DNA of 64,000 nucleotides from a bacterium (GTDB lineage Bacteria; RBG-13-61-14; DATKZS01): NCBI GenBank assembly GCA_963674965.2, contig CAXXFL010000006.1, positions 1,152,001 to 1,216,000 of the forward strand, read 5' to 3'. Shown piece by piece: positions 54,183 to 64,000 of this stretch (position 1 is its first letter; each line of letters starts with the position of its first letter). The notes under the pieces were generated by a model. It saw only the letters and a program-made list of their open reading frames with translations, ran no database searches and was not told where the DNA came from. The position numbers and the translations under genes were made by a program.

Positions 54183-54566
54183 TTATCCCGCTGACGGCGG
54201 CCGGCCAAGTATCTCATGAATTGTAGCGATGAGTTCCCTGGACTCGAACGTCCGGGGAAGCGCGCCCTCGAAACCTGACGGAACGTTCACGGCCTCATGG
54301 GAATTTTCACCTTTATCCAACAAAACTACGACGGGAAGGTGAAGGGTTTCCTGACGGCCCCGTAGGGCGTCGCGAAATTCCCGCGCGCCCATGTCCGGCA
54401 AGTCTTCCGCGCAAAGGACGACATGCGGCGTCTTTCGAGACGCGATCGACAAGCCCTCCTTCCCCGAGAGGGCGGTCCTTATGGAGTAATAATTGTCACC
54501 AAGCTCGATGACCAGGTCTTTGGCCATGAAAACCCGTCCGTCCACTATCAGAACGTCTATCCTCAT
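54183..54566 (-). CDS. Stand-alone atypical receiver-domain protein
   Basis: CheY-like pattern (VLIVD..TALSGKEGL..PHVVL..LPDM) but phospho-Asp and Lys positions appear substituted. Confidence 0.6.
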   Translation of the reverse strand: MRIDVLIVDGRVFMAKDLVIELGDNYYSIRTALSGKEGLSIASRKTPHVVLCAEDLPDMGAREFRDALRGRQETLHLPVVVLLDKGENSHEAVNVPSGFEGALPRTFESRELIATIHEILGRPPSAG

Positions 54567-54702
54567 GAGCTTACCATCGCGGCAAAAACCTATCCATCGG
54601 AAAGCCCGACTTTCTCATCCTTGATGCATGAGTACGCGCAATCAAGGTCTTCCCGACAAATAAGGCGCCCCGAAAGGCGCCCGTGAAATCGATTTTTCGC
54701 GC

Positions 54703-55479
54703 TTATTTATTCAGGTCCTCCAGGATCAGTTCCGCGACCTTTTTGCCCGACAGAAGCATGCCCCCGAAGATGGGTCCCATCCTGGGTCCACCGTGGACGG
54801 CGGCCACTGACATGCCCATCACGTACAATCCCTTGAAGACCTGCATGGTGTTCTCGACCACGAAGGTCTCGGCCTCCTTGGCCCGCATGGGCCCCTGCCC
54901 CAGCATCTGGCCCGTGTCGGTCCTCAGCTTGTAGCCGTGTCCCTGCACCATCTCCGCCAGGACGGCGTCATGGCCGGTGCCGTCTATAACCACCTTGCCC
55001 GAGAGGGTGATGGGGTCCACGTGCATGCGGTTAAGGACCACGCCCGTCGAGTTCACCACCAGGCCCGTCAAGGCGTCGTCCTCAATCATCACGTCCTCGA
55101 CGGTGGTGAGGTTCAGGATGGTCGCGCCCTGCCGCATGGCGTTAAAAGCCAGGCCCGAGGCCAGGGTCACCGCGTCGATGGCGAAGAAACCCTCGGTCTC
55201 GGGCTCCGTGGCCATGCCCAACTCGTCGAGCACCTGTCTGGCCCCCTCCTGGATTACGACCTCGTTCCTCTCCATGCCGCCGCCCCAGATGCCGCCGCCC
55301 GGCGCCAATTTCTTCTCGATGATGGTCACCCGGACGTCGTTCCTGGCAAGATAATAGGCCGCCACCAACCCGGAAGGGCCCGCGCCCGCTATCAAAACGT
55401 CGCTTTTCAAAGCGTTAAGGAGCTTCCTGGAGAAACGCTCCACGATAATCCTGCTCACCTCGTATTCCCATTCGCCCAT
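54703..55479 (-). CDS. thi4: Sulfide-dependent thiazole synthase Thi4
   Basis: GAGPSGL, GGGIWGGG, MHVDP, DGTGHD, GGPRMGPIFGGMLLSG. Confidence 0.92.
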   Translation of the reverse strand: MGEWEYEVSRIIVERFSRKLLNALKSDVLIAGAGPSGLVAAYYLARNDVRVTIIEKKLAPGGGIWGGGMERNEVVIQEGARQVLDELGMATEPETEGFFAIDAVTLASGLAFNAMRQGATILNLTTVEDVMIEDDALTGLVVNSTGVVLNRMHVDPITLSGKVVIDGTGHDAVLAEMVQGHGYKLRTDTGQMLGQGPMRAKEAETFVVENTMQVFKGLYVMGMSVAAVHGGPRMGPIFGGMLLSGKKVAELILEDLNK

Positions 55480-55729
55480 GTCATTACCTCCCAAAACGTC
55501 GCGGCCCGCCGCCCGAACGTCAAAATATCCAGGCGCCCCGTTTTATACCGCCGGAAATCGAATTTTTCGGATTGATGACGGAAGCCGCTTGGACTGGACC
55601 TTTTTCTCTTCCCCGAATTGAATATCATACACCCATAATCCCGGCGAAAAAAGACCGCAATGACGGGCGGGCGTTCGGGTCGCCCGAGAAAAAAATACGG
55701 CCCCAGACCAACCCCACCCATCCAGGCGC

Positions 55730-56800
55730 GTGGCCGATCCGGTTTTGGTAATCCCGATAAAAAACAGCTCATGCCGCCGGGTATTTGACGGGAAGTCTTC
55801 CTGGACTTTACAATTCAAATGGGCCTTTTGGCTCGGCAAGATGAGGGACATTTTCAAAACATCCGGATTTTCCGGACCGTCCGAGGCGATCGTCAATACG
55901 GCCTTGACGGCAAAGGGAGAGGCAAGTCGAGGTACGCTCTCGCGTCATGCTTTGGCGGCCCTTGCCGTCCTCGCCTGCCTGGCGGCCCTTTATTGCGGAT
56001 GCAAGCGCTCGAGGGGAGTTTCCATAGGCGGCCTCGAGGTGGTCCATGCCCTTCCCTTGGAATGGACTGAGCTTGAAAAAGGTTTGGCCGCGGCGGACTT
56101 GGAGTACGTCCGCGAGGAGGACGGCCGGGTCATATCGATAGTCGCCGTCAGGGTCTCGCCGGCCAGGTTCCGCTTCGGCCTGCTTGACGCGCCCCAGGTC
56201 ATGGGGGCCCCACTGGCCGCGCCGTCGGACATGGCCCTTAAAACCTCGGCCATAGTCGCGGTGAACGGCGGTTTTTTCCTGCCCCCGGAATACAAGAACA
56301 AGCCCACCGGCCTGGTGGTCTCGAAAGGCAAGGTATTGTCACGCTGGAAAAAGGGCGCGGGCTCGGGGATTTTCGCGGCCAACGACAAGAGGGCCGTAAT
56401 CGACTGGGCCAGCGAATACGACGCGGATTGGGAAAAGGCCGACCTGGCCATACAGGCGGGACCTCTGCTCGTCGAGCCCGACTCGAAGCCGGGCATCTAC
56501 AAGGACTCGAGAAAATATCGGATGAGGACCGCCGTCGGCCTGGACGAGGACGGCAACGTAATCCTCGTCTGTACCCGTCGAGTATCGGAGAAGGGAGTGG
56601 ACCTCATTGGCCTGGACCTTTACGAGCTGATGCAGATAATGATCCATCCTCAAAAAAAGGGCGGACTGGGCGCCAAGCGGGCCTTGAACCTAGACGGCGG
56701 CCCCTCCAGCGCCATTCATGTCGATCACGAGAAATACAAGCTGACCGTCAAGGGCGCGAGTCCGGTGAGAAACGGCGTGGCCGTGTTCGAGAAAAAATAG
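55730..56800 (+). CDS. Phosphodiester glycosidase (NAGPA-like) family protein; true start probably downstream of 55730
   Basis: AVNGGFF, QAGPLLV, RTAVG, ALNLDGGPSS. Confidence 0.8.
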   Translation: MADPVLVIPIKNSSCRRVFDGKSSWTLQFKWAFWLGKMRDIFKTSGFSGPSEAIVNTALTAKGEASRGTLSRHALAALAVLACLAALYCGCKRSRGVSIGGLEVVHALPLEWTELEKGLAAADLEYVREEDGRVISIVAVRVSPARFRFGLLDAPQVMGAPLAAPSDMALKTSAIVAVNGGFFLPPEYKNKPTGLVVSKGKVLSRWKKGAGSGIFAANDKRAVIDWASEYDADWEKADLAIQAGPLLVEPDSKPGIYKDSRKYRMRTAVGLDEDGNVILVCTRRVSEKGVDLIGLDLYELMQIMIHPQKKGGLGAKRALNLDGGPSSAIHVDHEKYKLTVKGASPVRNGVAVFEKK

Positions 56801-56821
56801 CCGCGGGGGGCAAAGAGAGTA

Positions 56822-57433
56822 TTGGAACTCCTCTTTATAAGACACGGAGAGTCGGTGGCCAACCGGAAGGGCCTGATTCAGGGGCGGGGAGACTACCCTC
56901 TTTCCGAGCTTGGCCGCGACCAGGCCCTCCGGACCGCCGAGGCCCTGAACGACTTCCGGCCTTATAAGATATTCTCGAGTCCCCTAAAGCGGGCGCTTGA
57001 AACGGCCCAGATACTCAATCGGCGCCACAACGTCGAGATCGAGTTGATCGGCGATCTTGTCGAGTACAACCTGGGCGCGTTCGAGGGCCTGACCATGGAC
57101 GAGGTCATGTCAAAGTTCCCGGACGTGAAGTCGAGAATGGAAAAGGGCGAGCCTTTCCATCTTCTTGCCCCCGGCGGGGAGTCCGATGAGGAGGCGGACG
57201 TAAGGGTTAAAAGAGCGCTGGAGGCCATAGTGGACTCGGGCCTTCCCAGGATGATGGTCGTGGCCCACCTGGGCAGTCTCGAGCGGCTGATCCTTCAAGC
57301 CGCTCAAAGATATGGCGTGCCGGGAATCGACGAGACCCGTTTTCCTCTGGCCAACTGCTCGATAACCAGGCTCATCCTGGGCCCGGCCAAGTCGCTGGCC
57401 CCCTCCTTTAACGACGTCTCGCACCTGACGTAA
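56822..57433 (+). CDS. Histidine phosphatase family protein
   Basis: FIRHGES, SSPLKRALETA, VVAH, NCSIT. Confidence 0.88.
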   Translation: MELLFIRHGESVANRKGLIQGRGDYPLSELGRDQALRTAEALNDFRPYKIFSSPLKRALETAQILNRRHNVEIELIGDLVEYNLGAFEGLTMDEVMSKFPDVKSRMEKGEPFHLLAPGGESDEEADVRVKRALEAIVDSGLPRMMVVAHLGSLERLILQAAQRYGVPGIDETRFPLANCSITRLILGPAKSLAPSFNDVSHLT

Positions 57434-57481
57434 AAAATAAGGGCGCTTTGGGTCGGCCGGAGACCGCTTCCCCGGCGGGGA

Positions 57482-58828
57482 CTACAAGTGATAGATGACC
57501 GACACGATGGCGAAGTAGTCCGAAAGGCTCATTTCCGACTTCATGTTCTCGATCTGCTCCCCCTCCATGCCCTCGCCCCATCGGTATTGAAAGGCCGCGT
57601 CGATGGCCAGGTTTCGATAGGCCACTCCCCCGCCGACCGCCAGGCCGTAAGTCTCGTTAACCGTGTCCTCGATGGGCTGGGGATCGTAGAACAGCCCTCC
57701 CCTGGCGGCGACCGCGTACTTGGGCAGTATCCATAGATACTCGGTCCCGAAGTGGACCTGGAAGGCGTCGTCCTTGACGTCGGCGTTAACGTCGTTCATG
57801 GCCAGGAGGTTTATCTCGTTTCCCTCCTCGTCCTCGAGGACGTACTCGGACCACCTGGTGGCGTAGGCGTCAAGGGCGAAGCTCAGCCTGTCCGAGTAGC
57901 GAAAGGCGACCCCCACCCCATAGGACTCGGGCCAGGTCAGGGTCTCGCTCTGGTCGGCCTCGAATGACGCGTGGCTGTCCATTGAAGGATCGAGCGGGTA
58001 ATGAGAGGCCTGCTCGTGGTACTTTTCAAAGTCCACGTCCGCGTCCCATCTGGTCTTATAGACGGCGGCGAAGGTCCACCGGTTCGTCTTATATTGGGTA
58101 CCGATAACGTAGTTGACGCCGGAGAGGGAGTATTTTTCCCAGGTCTCGGCCCAGGTCCTTTCAATGACGAGGCCGGCGTCGTTGCGGGTAACTATTTGAA
58201 GGTCCCACTCCTGCTCCCAGCCGTCGTTCTCCCCGTCCAGTCCCCAGATATTGACCGACGCGCCCATGCTCCACTTGGGAGTGATCTCGACGCAGAAGGC
58301 GGGAGTAAGGGTCGTGACGGAGCCGAGCTGCTTGATGGACCTCGCCTCCGTCCATACGTCGCCCCCCGCGAGGACCCCGGACCCGCCGTAATCCAGGTCC
58401 CGGTCGAACTCGTACATCCTCTGGTAATTCAGGCTGACGACCAGGTTCCTGCCCTTGATCTCGAAAGGATACACGACGGAGGCGTAGTTGATATTGACCG
58501 ACGAGAGGGTCTCGCTGTCGGAGTAGGCGTCAAGACCGGCGAAATCGAGTTCCTCTATCCTGGAATGGTAGGAAACGGCCACCGAGGTCTCGGGCTTGAC
58601 AAGCTGGACCAGTCCGCCCGGGTTCCAGCTGGCCGCCGTGGCGTCGTCGGCCACGGCGATAAAGGCGTTGGCCCAGCCCGCCGCCCGAGCGCCCGAGCCC
58701 ACGGCCTGAGGGGAAGACGAAAAGGGGACCACCTGATGCGAGACGCCCTGGCCATAAGACGTGGACGCCGCCAATAAAACCGATATCATGACAAGCGAAA
58801 AAGCGTACTTCCTGAAAAACATATGCAT
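57482..58828 (-). CDS. FadL/OmpP1-like outer-membrane beta-barrel
   Basis: Signal peptide; GSGARAAGWANAFIAVADDATAASWNPGGL; terminal amphipathic strand. Confidence 0.8.
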   Translation of the reverse strand: MHMFFRKYAFSLVMISVLLAASTSYGQGVSHQVVPFSSSPQAVGSGARAAGWANAFIAVADDATAASWNPGGLVQLVKPETSVAVSYHSRIEELDFAGLDAYSDSETLSSVNINYASVVYPFEIKGRNLVVSLNYQRMYEFDRDLDYGGSGVLAGGDVWTEARSIKQLGSVTTLTPAFCVEITPKWSMGASVNIWGLDGENDGWEQEWDLQIVTRNDAGLVIERTWAETWEKYSLSGVNYVIGTQYKTNRWTFAAVYKTRWDADVDFEKYHEQASHYPLDPSMDSHASFEADQSETLTWPESYGVGVAFRYSDRLSFALDAYATRWSEYVLEDEEGNEINLLAMNDVNADVKDDAFQVHFGTEYLWILPKYAVAARGGLFYDPQPIEDTVNETYGLAVGGGVAYRNLAIDAAFQYRWGEGMEGEQIENMKSEMSLSDYFAIVSVIYHL

Positions 58829-58862
58829 ACTCCCGCTACTAAGGATTCTTTAAAAACCGGCG

Positions 58863-60617
58863 CTACCAGGCGGCCGCCGGTTCCTGGGCAAAGGCGTCTT
58901 TGGGGTCCATGATTTTGTATTTCTGCTGGCCCCCAAGGTCAATGGATCGCTTATCCCCTTCCACCTTCAACATGTAATAAGTGGTCCCGTCCTCGGCCAC
59001 GTAAAGGGGAAGCGTTTCCCACGGGCCCAGCGCGTCGTCGGGCAGGGCGATCCCGCTGGGCTGTATCGAGTCGCCGTTCCCGTCCACTATTTGTATCCAA
59101 CCGGCCAGGCCCCCGAGGTCCAGGTCCGAGTCGGAGTTGTTAAATATCTTGAGCACCGGTATATAAGGCGGATTATTAAGCTGGTTGCATTTTTGATAGT
59201 CGGCGAACCCGCCGGGGACATTATATGCCGCAAAGTTGAAATGGGGACTGTTCAAGTCTTCGAAGTTGTTGAAGGGGTCCTGGTACTCGACCCCGAAAAG
59301 GATGACCGTAACCTCGCCCGCAACGCCGCCGTTCAGGCCGTCCACGTGATCGACGTCCCGTATGGCCCACCAAGACGCGGCCCGCTCCGAGCAGTACTCG
59401 GCCTCGTACCCCTCCGGGGCGGGGGCGGTGCGGAACGTTATTATTATCGGGTCGGCCTCCTCGCCGTCACCAAGTTGCGCGCCGCTTATTTCCAGCTCGT
59501 AGGCCGTGTCCCCGTCCAAGTCGCATGGGTCTCCTCCACCCGGCCTGAAAAACACGCCCCGAGCGCAGCGGGCTATGCCCAACTCGCAGTTGACGATGTC
59601 GAAGCCCATGGCCGTTCCCTTAACTTCCTTGCCGTCGGAGGCCCGCCTCAAGGAAACGCTTTCCTCGCTAATCCCGAAAAAGTCGAGGGACCGGCCGTCA
59701 TAATAGGCGGGAAGCTCGTAAATCTGCACGGTCCCTCCCTCTTCGTCCAACAAGGACGAGAAGTACTTGTTCAGGACCGCGCTGTCGTTTTCAGGTCCGT
59801 CGGGACCGCAGGACAGGACCACGCCGGCGGCGCAAATGAACAGGACCATGGAAACCGAGAGAACGGCCCTGCCATAAGCGGCTTGCATACCATACTTGCG
59901 GGAAAGAAACGTTCCCGCCGCGAGAAGTACAAAGGACATGGCGACGGCGGCCCAGGCGAAATACCATATCGGCGGATTTCCCCCCGGCGCGTGAAAGGGA
60001 AGAACTCCCTCTTTAATCCCCGCCTCGCTTTCAAGCTTAATATCGAGCCTGGTCCCCTCTTCTTTGCCGACGGCGACGGACGAAAAATAGGCCGTCTTGT
60101 ATCCGCTCTTCTGGGCCAGGACGGTATGTTTTTCACCCTCGGAAAGCTCGATCGAGTAAAATCCGCTCGAGTCGGACTTTATCTGGGAGCCGGAAACAAG
60201 AAGCCTGGCGTCCGGAATGGGAGCGTCCGACTCGTCCTTTACCCAGCCGTAAAGTCCGCTCAAGGATATCTCGGGCGTGAGAGTAAAGCTCAATATAACG
60301 TCCTGGGACACCCCGATGGGAGGGGTGAGAAACACTCCCGTCTCGTAATTCCTTTTATACGCGGTAAGAACGTATCCTCTTCCCGTCGGAAGGGTCATCT
60401 CGTAATAGCCGATCGAGTTGGTCATGGTGGCGAAGTATCTTCCATCGGCCGTCACGGATATTATTACGCTGGATACCCCGTTGCCCGTAAACGCGTCGGT
60501 TACGTATCCCCTTAGACCTCCCGTGTTGCCTTGAGTGTCGCTCGCCCGCGCAGGCGGGGCCGAGATGATAAGAAAGAAAACCAGGAAAGCCAATGATTTC
60601 AAACATCCCTTAAGCAT
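58863..60617 (-). CDS. Exported protein with carboxypeptidase-regulatory-like domains and a central TM hairpin
   Basis: Two G.V.D..G..I.....TN..GYY-type repeats, two TM segments, then a lipobox-like VLSC and a Cys-containing C-terminal domain. Confidence 0.65.
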   Translation of the reverse strand: MLKGCLKSLAFLVFFLIISAPPARASDTQGNTGGLRGYVTDAFTGNGVSSVIISVTADGRYFATMTNSIGYYEMTLPTGRGYVLTAYKRNYETGVFLTPPIGVSQDVILSFTLTPEISLSGLYGWVKDESDAPIPDARLLVSGSQIKSDSSGFYSIELSEGEKHTVLAQKSGYKTAYFSSVAVGKEEGTRLDIKLESEAGIKEGVLPFHAPGGNPPIWYFAWAAVAMSFVLLAAGTFLSRKYGMQAAYGRAVLSVSMVLFICAAGVVLSCGPDGPENDSAVLNKYFSSLLDEEGGTVQIYELPAYYDGRSLDFFGISEESVSLRRASDGKEVKGTAMGFDIVNCELGIARCARGVFFRPGGGDPCDLDGDTAYELEISGAQLGDGEEADPIIITFRTAPAPEGYEAEYCSERAASWWAIRDVDHVDGLNGGVAGEVTVILFGVEYQDPFNNFEDLNSPHFNFAAYNVPGGFADYQKCNQLNNPPYIPVLKIFNNSDSDLDLGGLAGWIQIVDGNGDSIQPSGIALPDDALGPWETLPLYVAEDGTTYYMLKVEGDKRSIDLGGQQKYKIMDPKDAFAQEPAAAW

Positions 60618-60812
60618 AAGGAACCTCCGTTCATAGAGATTACAAAATCAATGTTTATAGCGCTTCGTGGCGCGGATGCGCGAGATGATCCCCGTGTAAT
60701 AGCGTTATCGTTTCATCTCATTCTTCAAGATGTTTAACTATCGCCAAGTAAAAAATATATCAGGGGCGACGCGTTATTACAAAAGGCCGACGAGGACCTG
60801 AAGTCCCCTTCT

Positions 60813-61175
60813 TCAGTCCCCAGTCAGGCTTTGTAAAAGCCCCATAATTTCCTCGTTGATGATTCTTTGGATGAGGCTCCTGGAGTCGTCGTCAAGGGCG
60901 TCGAACTCGACCCCGACCCCTGGGGTCAGGTCCTGGGAGTTCCCTCGCGACCTGACCACCGTGCCCCATAGCTCGAGGGAAATATTCTCCTCGGCCAGTA
61001 TGAGCTGAACAATCACCCGGTCGCCCATCTTGGCGGGAGGATCGAGAACGATAAAGGCCCCGCCCCAGCTTATGTCGCCTATCCGGGTATCGACGAAGTC
61101 GCCGTCACGATCGGCGACCTTCACCCTTACCGCCATGGGCAGCGGGACCCTTAAGAATTTTCTGGTTTTCATCAA
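60813..61175 (-). CDS. Single-domain PilZ protein
   Basis: RKFLR (RxxxR) and DISWGG (DxSxxG) c-di-GMP motifs. Confidence 0.85.
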   Translation of the reverse strand: MMKTRKFLRVPLPMAVRVKVADRDGDFVDTRIGDISWGGAFIVLDPPAKMGDRVIVQLILAEENISLELWGTVVRSRGNSQDLTPGVGVEFDALDDDSRSLIQRIINEEIMGLLQSLTGD

Positions 61176-61221
61176 TCGAGAATCCCCGTTCGCCTATTAT
61201 AATGAAGGTGGCGGGCAAGAG

Positions 61222-61818
61222 TCAATTCGCGCTTACGTCAACCTCGGCGTGGGCCACGCCCTGGTCGATGGTAACCTTGGAGGGAAGTCCGCTTTTCTGG
61301 ATGAGATAGAACACCCGCCTGTTACCCGCGTCGATATCGGCCACCAGGCATTTGGCGCCCCCCCGCCTGGCCAGCTCGATCATCACGTTTATCATGGCCG
61401 TGCCCAGTCCCCTGTTCTGGTAGTAATCGTGCACGATTATGGCTATCTCTCCCTTGACGCCCGGGTCGGTCTCGACGTAGTTGACCAGTCCCACGACCTT
61501 GGGGTCTTGATCGCCCGCGGCCTCGGCCAGAAGCGATCTTACGCCGGGCGGATCGTTCTTCATAAGCCGGTCGAGATAGCGTATGGGAACGCCCACTCCC
61601 GGGGAAAGGAATCGGGTATAAAGCGTCTCGGAATTGCAGGTCATGAACATGCGTTCCAAAAGCGGCTTGTCCTCCGCCGCGGCCGGGCGCACCACCAGCC
61701 GGGCGCCGTCCTTGGTGGACGTCTCCGCCTTGATGAAGTTACCCCTATCGTCAAACTCGAGTTCCAAAATGAAAGGTATCCCGCGTAAAGGCCAGGCAAA
61801 CTCGCTCGGCGATTTCAC
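61222..61818 (-). CDS. GNAT acetyltransferase resembling the acyl-CoA ligase-associated GNAT domain
   Basis: SETLYTRF, GEIAIIVHDYYQNRGLGT. Confidence 0.8.
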   Translation of the reverse strand: MKSPSEFAWPLRGIPFILELEFDDRGNFIKAETSTKDGARLVVRPAAAEDKPLLERMFMTCNSETLYTRFLSPGVGVPIRYLDRLMKNDPPGVRSLLAEAAGDQDPKVVGLVNYVETDPGVKGEIAIIVHDYYQNRGLGTAMINVMIELARRGGAKCLVADIDAGNRRVFYLIQKSGLPSKVTIDQGVAHAEVDVSAN

Positions 61819-62110
61819 CGCCTACAGAATAAATCCCGCCGCTTTGAAGGTCAAGGAAGGAACGCCAAGAGACCGGCCGGCCGTTTTTGCGCGACTTTAT
61901 AAGACGGAGTAAAGAGAAAAACGAAAGGCCCTCGAGAAGACGATAAAGCCCTGAAGCAAGGAGGTCTTGTCCTCCTTTGAGGTTTTTCCTCGCTCGACTC
62001 GATCCATCGGCCGCGTCAAAACGAGCGCCGTCAACTCTCGGTTGACTTGCATGGCGTTGCCCGGATATCCTTTAAACGTGGAAAATTATATCAGATCGGA
62101 AAAGCTATCC

Positions 62111-64000
62111 ATGAAAAACAATCACATATCAGGCCCTTTTATGGTTAAGACGAAAATCTTTTTGTCTCTCTTCGCGTTTATCGCGGCGCTTTTATGGCCG
62201 CCAATCTTCCACGCCCGGGAACTCGAGGCCTACGACGGCGACACCCTGGAAGTGCAAGCCCCCAAGATTTGGGTCAAGGGCATCCCGATCGAAATCAAGA
62301 TTAAGGTCCCGCCCGGAGCAAAAGCGTCCGAATGCAGCCTGCTGGACGGCTCCGGAAAAGCCAGGTCCTTTCCCTGCGAGCCGGGCAAGGTCACCCCGGT
62401 CCCGGAAGCGGTGATCGGCTCGTCCGGGACCCACGCCATGACCGCCGCCGCCGGGGATATGAAAGCCGGTTTCTCCGTGCGGGTGATCCATGGATTGCTG
62501 ACCCTTCTTCCCCCCCTTATAGCCATCGGCCTGGCCCTCGCCTTCCGCCAGGTGGTGGCCGCCCTCTGGATAAGCATATGGGTGGGAGCGCTGGTGCTGT
62601 ACGACTGGAGCCCCTTTACGGCTGTGGCCCGCTCGATAGACCACTACATCATCGGGTCCATGGCCGACTCGGGCAACGCCTCGATGCTGGTGTTTATCAT
62701 CTTCATGGGCGGACTGATCGGCATCATCGCCAAAAGCGGAGGGATACAGGGCGTGGTCGAGCTTATCGCCAAACGGGCGACCTCGGCCATGCGCGGGCAG
62801 GTGGCGGCCTTCCTCATGGGCATGTTCATCTTCTTCGACGATTACGCCAACACCATCATCGTGGGCACGACCATGCGTCCCATCTCGGACAAGCTCCGGA
62901 TATCGCGCGAGAAGCTGTCCTATATCGTGGACTCGACGGCCGCCCCCGTGGCCTCCATCTTTCCCATCTCCACCTGGATCGGATACGAGGTCGGCCTTAT
63001 CGACAAGGCCCTCTCGAGCATCGGATCGGGCGACAGCGGCTACATGATGTTTATCGAGTCCATCCTTTATCGCTTTTATCCCATCTTCGCCCTGGCCCTG
63101 GTGCTGATGGTGGCCCTGACCGGCAGGGAAATCGGTCCCATGCTCAAGGCCGAGCGCCGCGCCAGGAGGGAGGGAAAACCCCTGCGGGACGGGGCCATCC
63201 CCATGTCCACCATGGAAAGCGAGCGGGTGAATCCGCCCGAGGGAAAACCCCGGAGATGGTACAACGCGCTCGTTCCCCTCCTTTTCGTCATCGGCGTGAC
63301 CTTTTACGGACTCTGGGTAAACGGCCTGGCCGAGCTTGGCGGCGGCGTGGCCGAGGTGCGGGCCAATTCCTCCGCTTACGGCCCCTTGTGGGGGCCGATA
63401 TATGTCCTGGGCCAGGTCTTCTCGGCCGCCTCGCCGAACGTGGTGCTGGCCTGGGCCAGCCTGGGCGGATGCATATTGACGGTCGTCTTGGTGGTGGGAC
63501 AGAGAATACTGACCATGGCCGAGGCCATGCAGGCCTGGCTCAGCGGAGTCGAGTCCATGGTCATAGCCATCGTGGTGTTGCTTATGGCCTGGAGTCTCGG
63601 CTCGGTCTGCGGGGACCTGCACACGGCCGAGTACCTCACCACCAGCCTGGCCGGGACTCTCAGCCCCCACGCCCTGCCCGTCCTGACCTTTGTCCTGGCC
63701 GGCGGCATAAGCTTCGCCACCGGCACCAGCTACGGCACCATGGCCATATTGATGCCGCTGGTGATACCCATCGCCAACCGGCTCTGCCTCGACGCGGGCA
63801 TGGGACAGGCGGACCAGCATTACATCCTCGTCGGCGTGGTATCGAGCGTCCTGGCGGGCTCGGTTTTCGGGGACCACTGTTCGCCCATCTCGGACACCAC
63901 CATCATGTCCAGCATGGCCAGCGGCTCGGACCACGTGGACCACGTCAGGACCCAGCTTCCCTACGCCATTTTAGCGGGACTTGTGGGAATAGTCCTCGGC
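62111..64000 (+). CDS. NhaC-family Na+/H+ antiporter-like transporter (3' truncated by window edge; missing from the ORF track)
   Basis: Open frame from ATG 62111/62141: LTLLPPLIAIGLAL, IFFDDYAN, SREKLSYIVDSTAAP, GTSYGTMAIL, FGDHCSPISDTTIMSS, DHVRTQLPYA. Confidence 0.88.
   Translation, partial: MKNNHISGPFMVKTKIFLSLFAFIAALLWPPIFHARELEAYDGDTLEVQAPKIWVKGIPIEIKIKVPPGAKASECSLLDGSGKARSFPCEPGKVTPVPEAVIGSSGTHAMTAAAGDMKAGFSVRVIHGLLTLLPPLIAIGLALAFRQVVAALWISIWVGALVLYDWSPFTAVARSIDHYIIGSMADSGNASMLVFIIFMGGLIGIIAKSGGIQGVVELIAKRATSAMRGQVAAFLMGMFIFFDDYANTIIVGTTMRPISDKLRISREKLSYIVDSTAAPVASIFPISTWIGYEVGLIDKALSSIGSGDSGYMMFIESILYRFYPIFALALVLMVALTGREIGPMLKAERRARREGKPLRDGAIPMSTMESERVNPPEGKPRRWYNALVPLLFVIGVTFYGLWVNGLAELGGGVAEVRANSSAYGPLWGPIYVLGQVFSAASPNVVLAWASLGGCILTVVLVVGQRILTMAEAMQAWLSGVESMVIAIVVLLMAWSLGSVCGDLHTAEYLTTSLAGTLSPHALPVLTFVLAGGISFATGTSYGTMAILMPLVIPIANRLCLDAGMGQADQHYILVGVVSSVLAGSVFGDHCSPISDTTIMSSMASGSDHVDHVRTQLPYAILAGLVGIVLG

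Noticed and set aside
62192-63943. 583-aa minus-strand ORF in the track
   Set aside because: Antisense shadow of the plus-strand NhaC-family gene, which has clear family motifs

Overview
GC-rich bacterial chromosome segment. Gene content suggests an anaerobic Deltaproteobacteria-like organism (inference). Most of it is housekeeping, envelope and signalling genes: MCP, PAS/GAF hybrid kinase, Kef, two GH2 and one GH31 glycosidases, mnmA-mtaB-rnc, a GT2/GT9/B12-radical-SAM surface-glycan cluster followed by an ASKHA corrinoid activator, pepA, thi4, a FadL-like barrel and an NhaC-family antiporter. An accessory island lies at about 22.6-33.6 kb. Its best feature is a secreted FGE/C-type-lectin-fold protein (22751-24064) with the marks of a diversity-generating retroelement (DGR) target: a C-terminal variable region with NNY codons, a perfect 12-bp GTAA-loop hairpin just downstream, and a truncated avd-like gene. 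No template repeat or reverse transcriptase is visible in the window. The putative sigma70 promoter of this gene has a G14 tract between -35 and -10, which suggests phase variation layered on DGR diversification. The rest of the island holds antitoxins whose toxins are broken or missing, a Fic gene, an intact ISNCY/IS5-like element with a 6-bp target duplication, IS630 and IS4 remnants, and REP/MITE-like palindromes. Also notable: an in-frame MtaB-RNase III fusion and a palindrome-rich non-coding region at 37.8-38.6 kb. Family names come from motif recognition by eye, not database searches.
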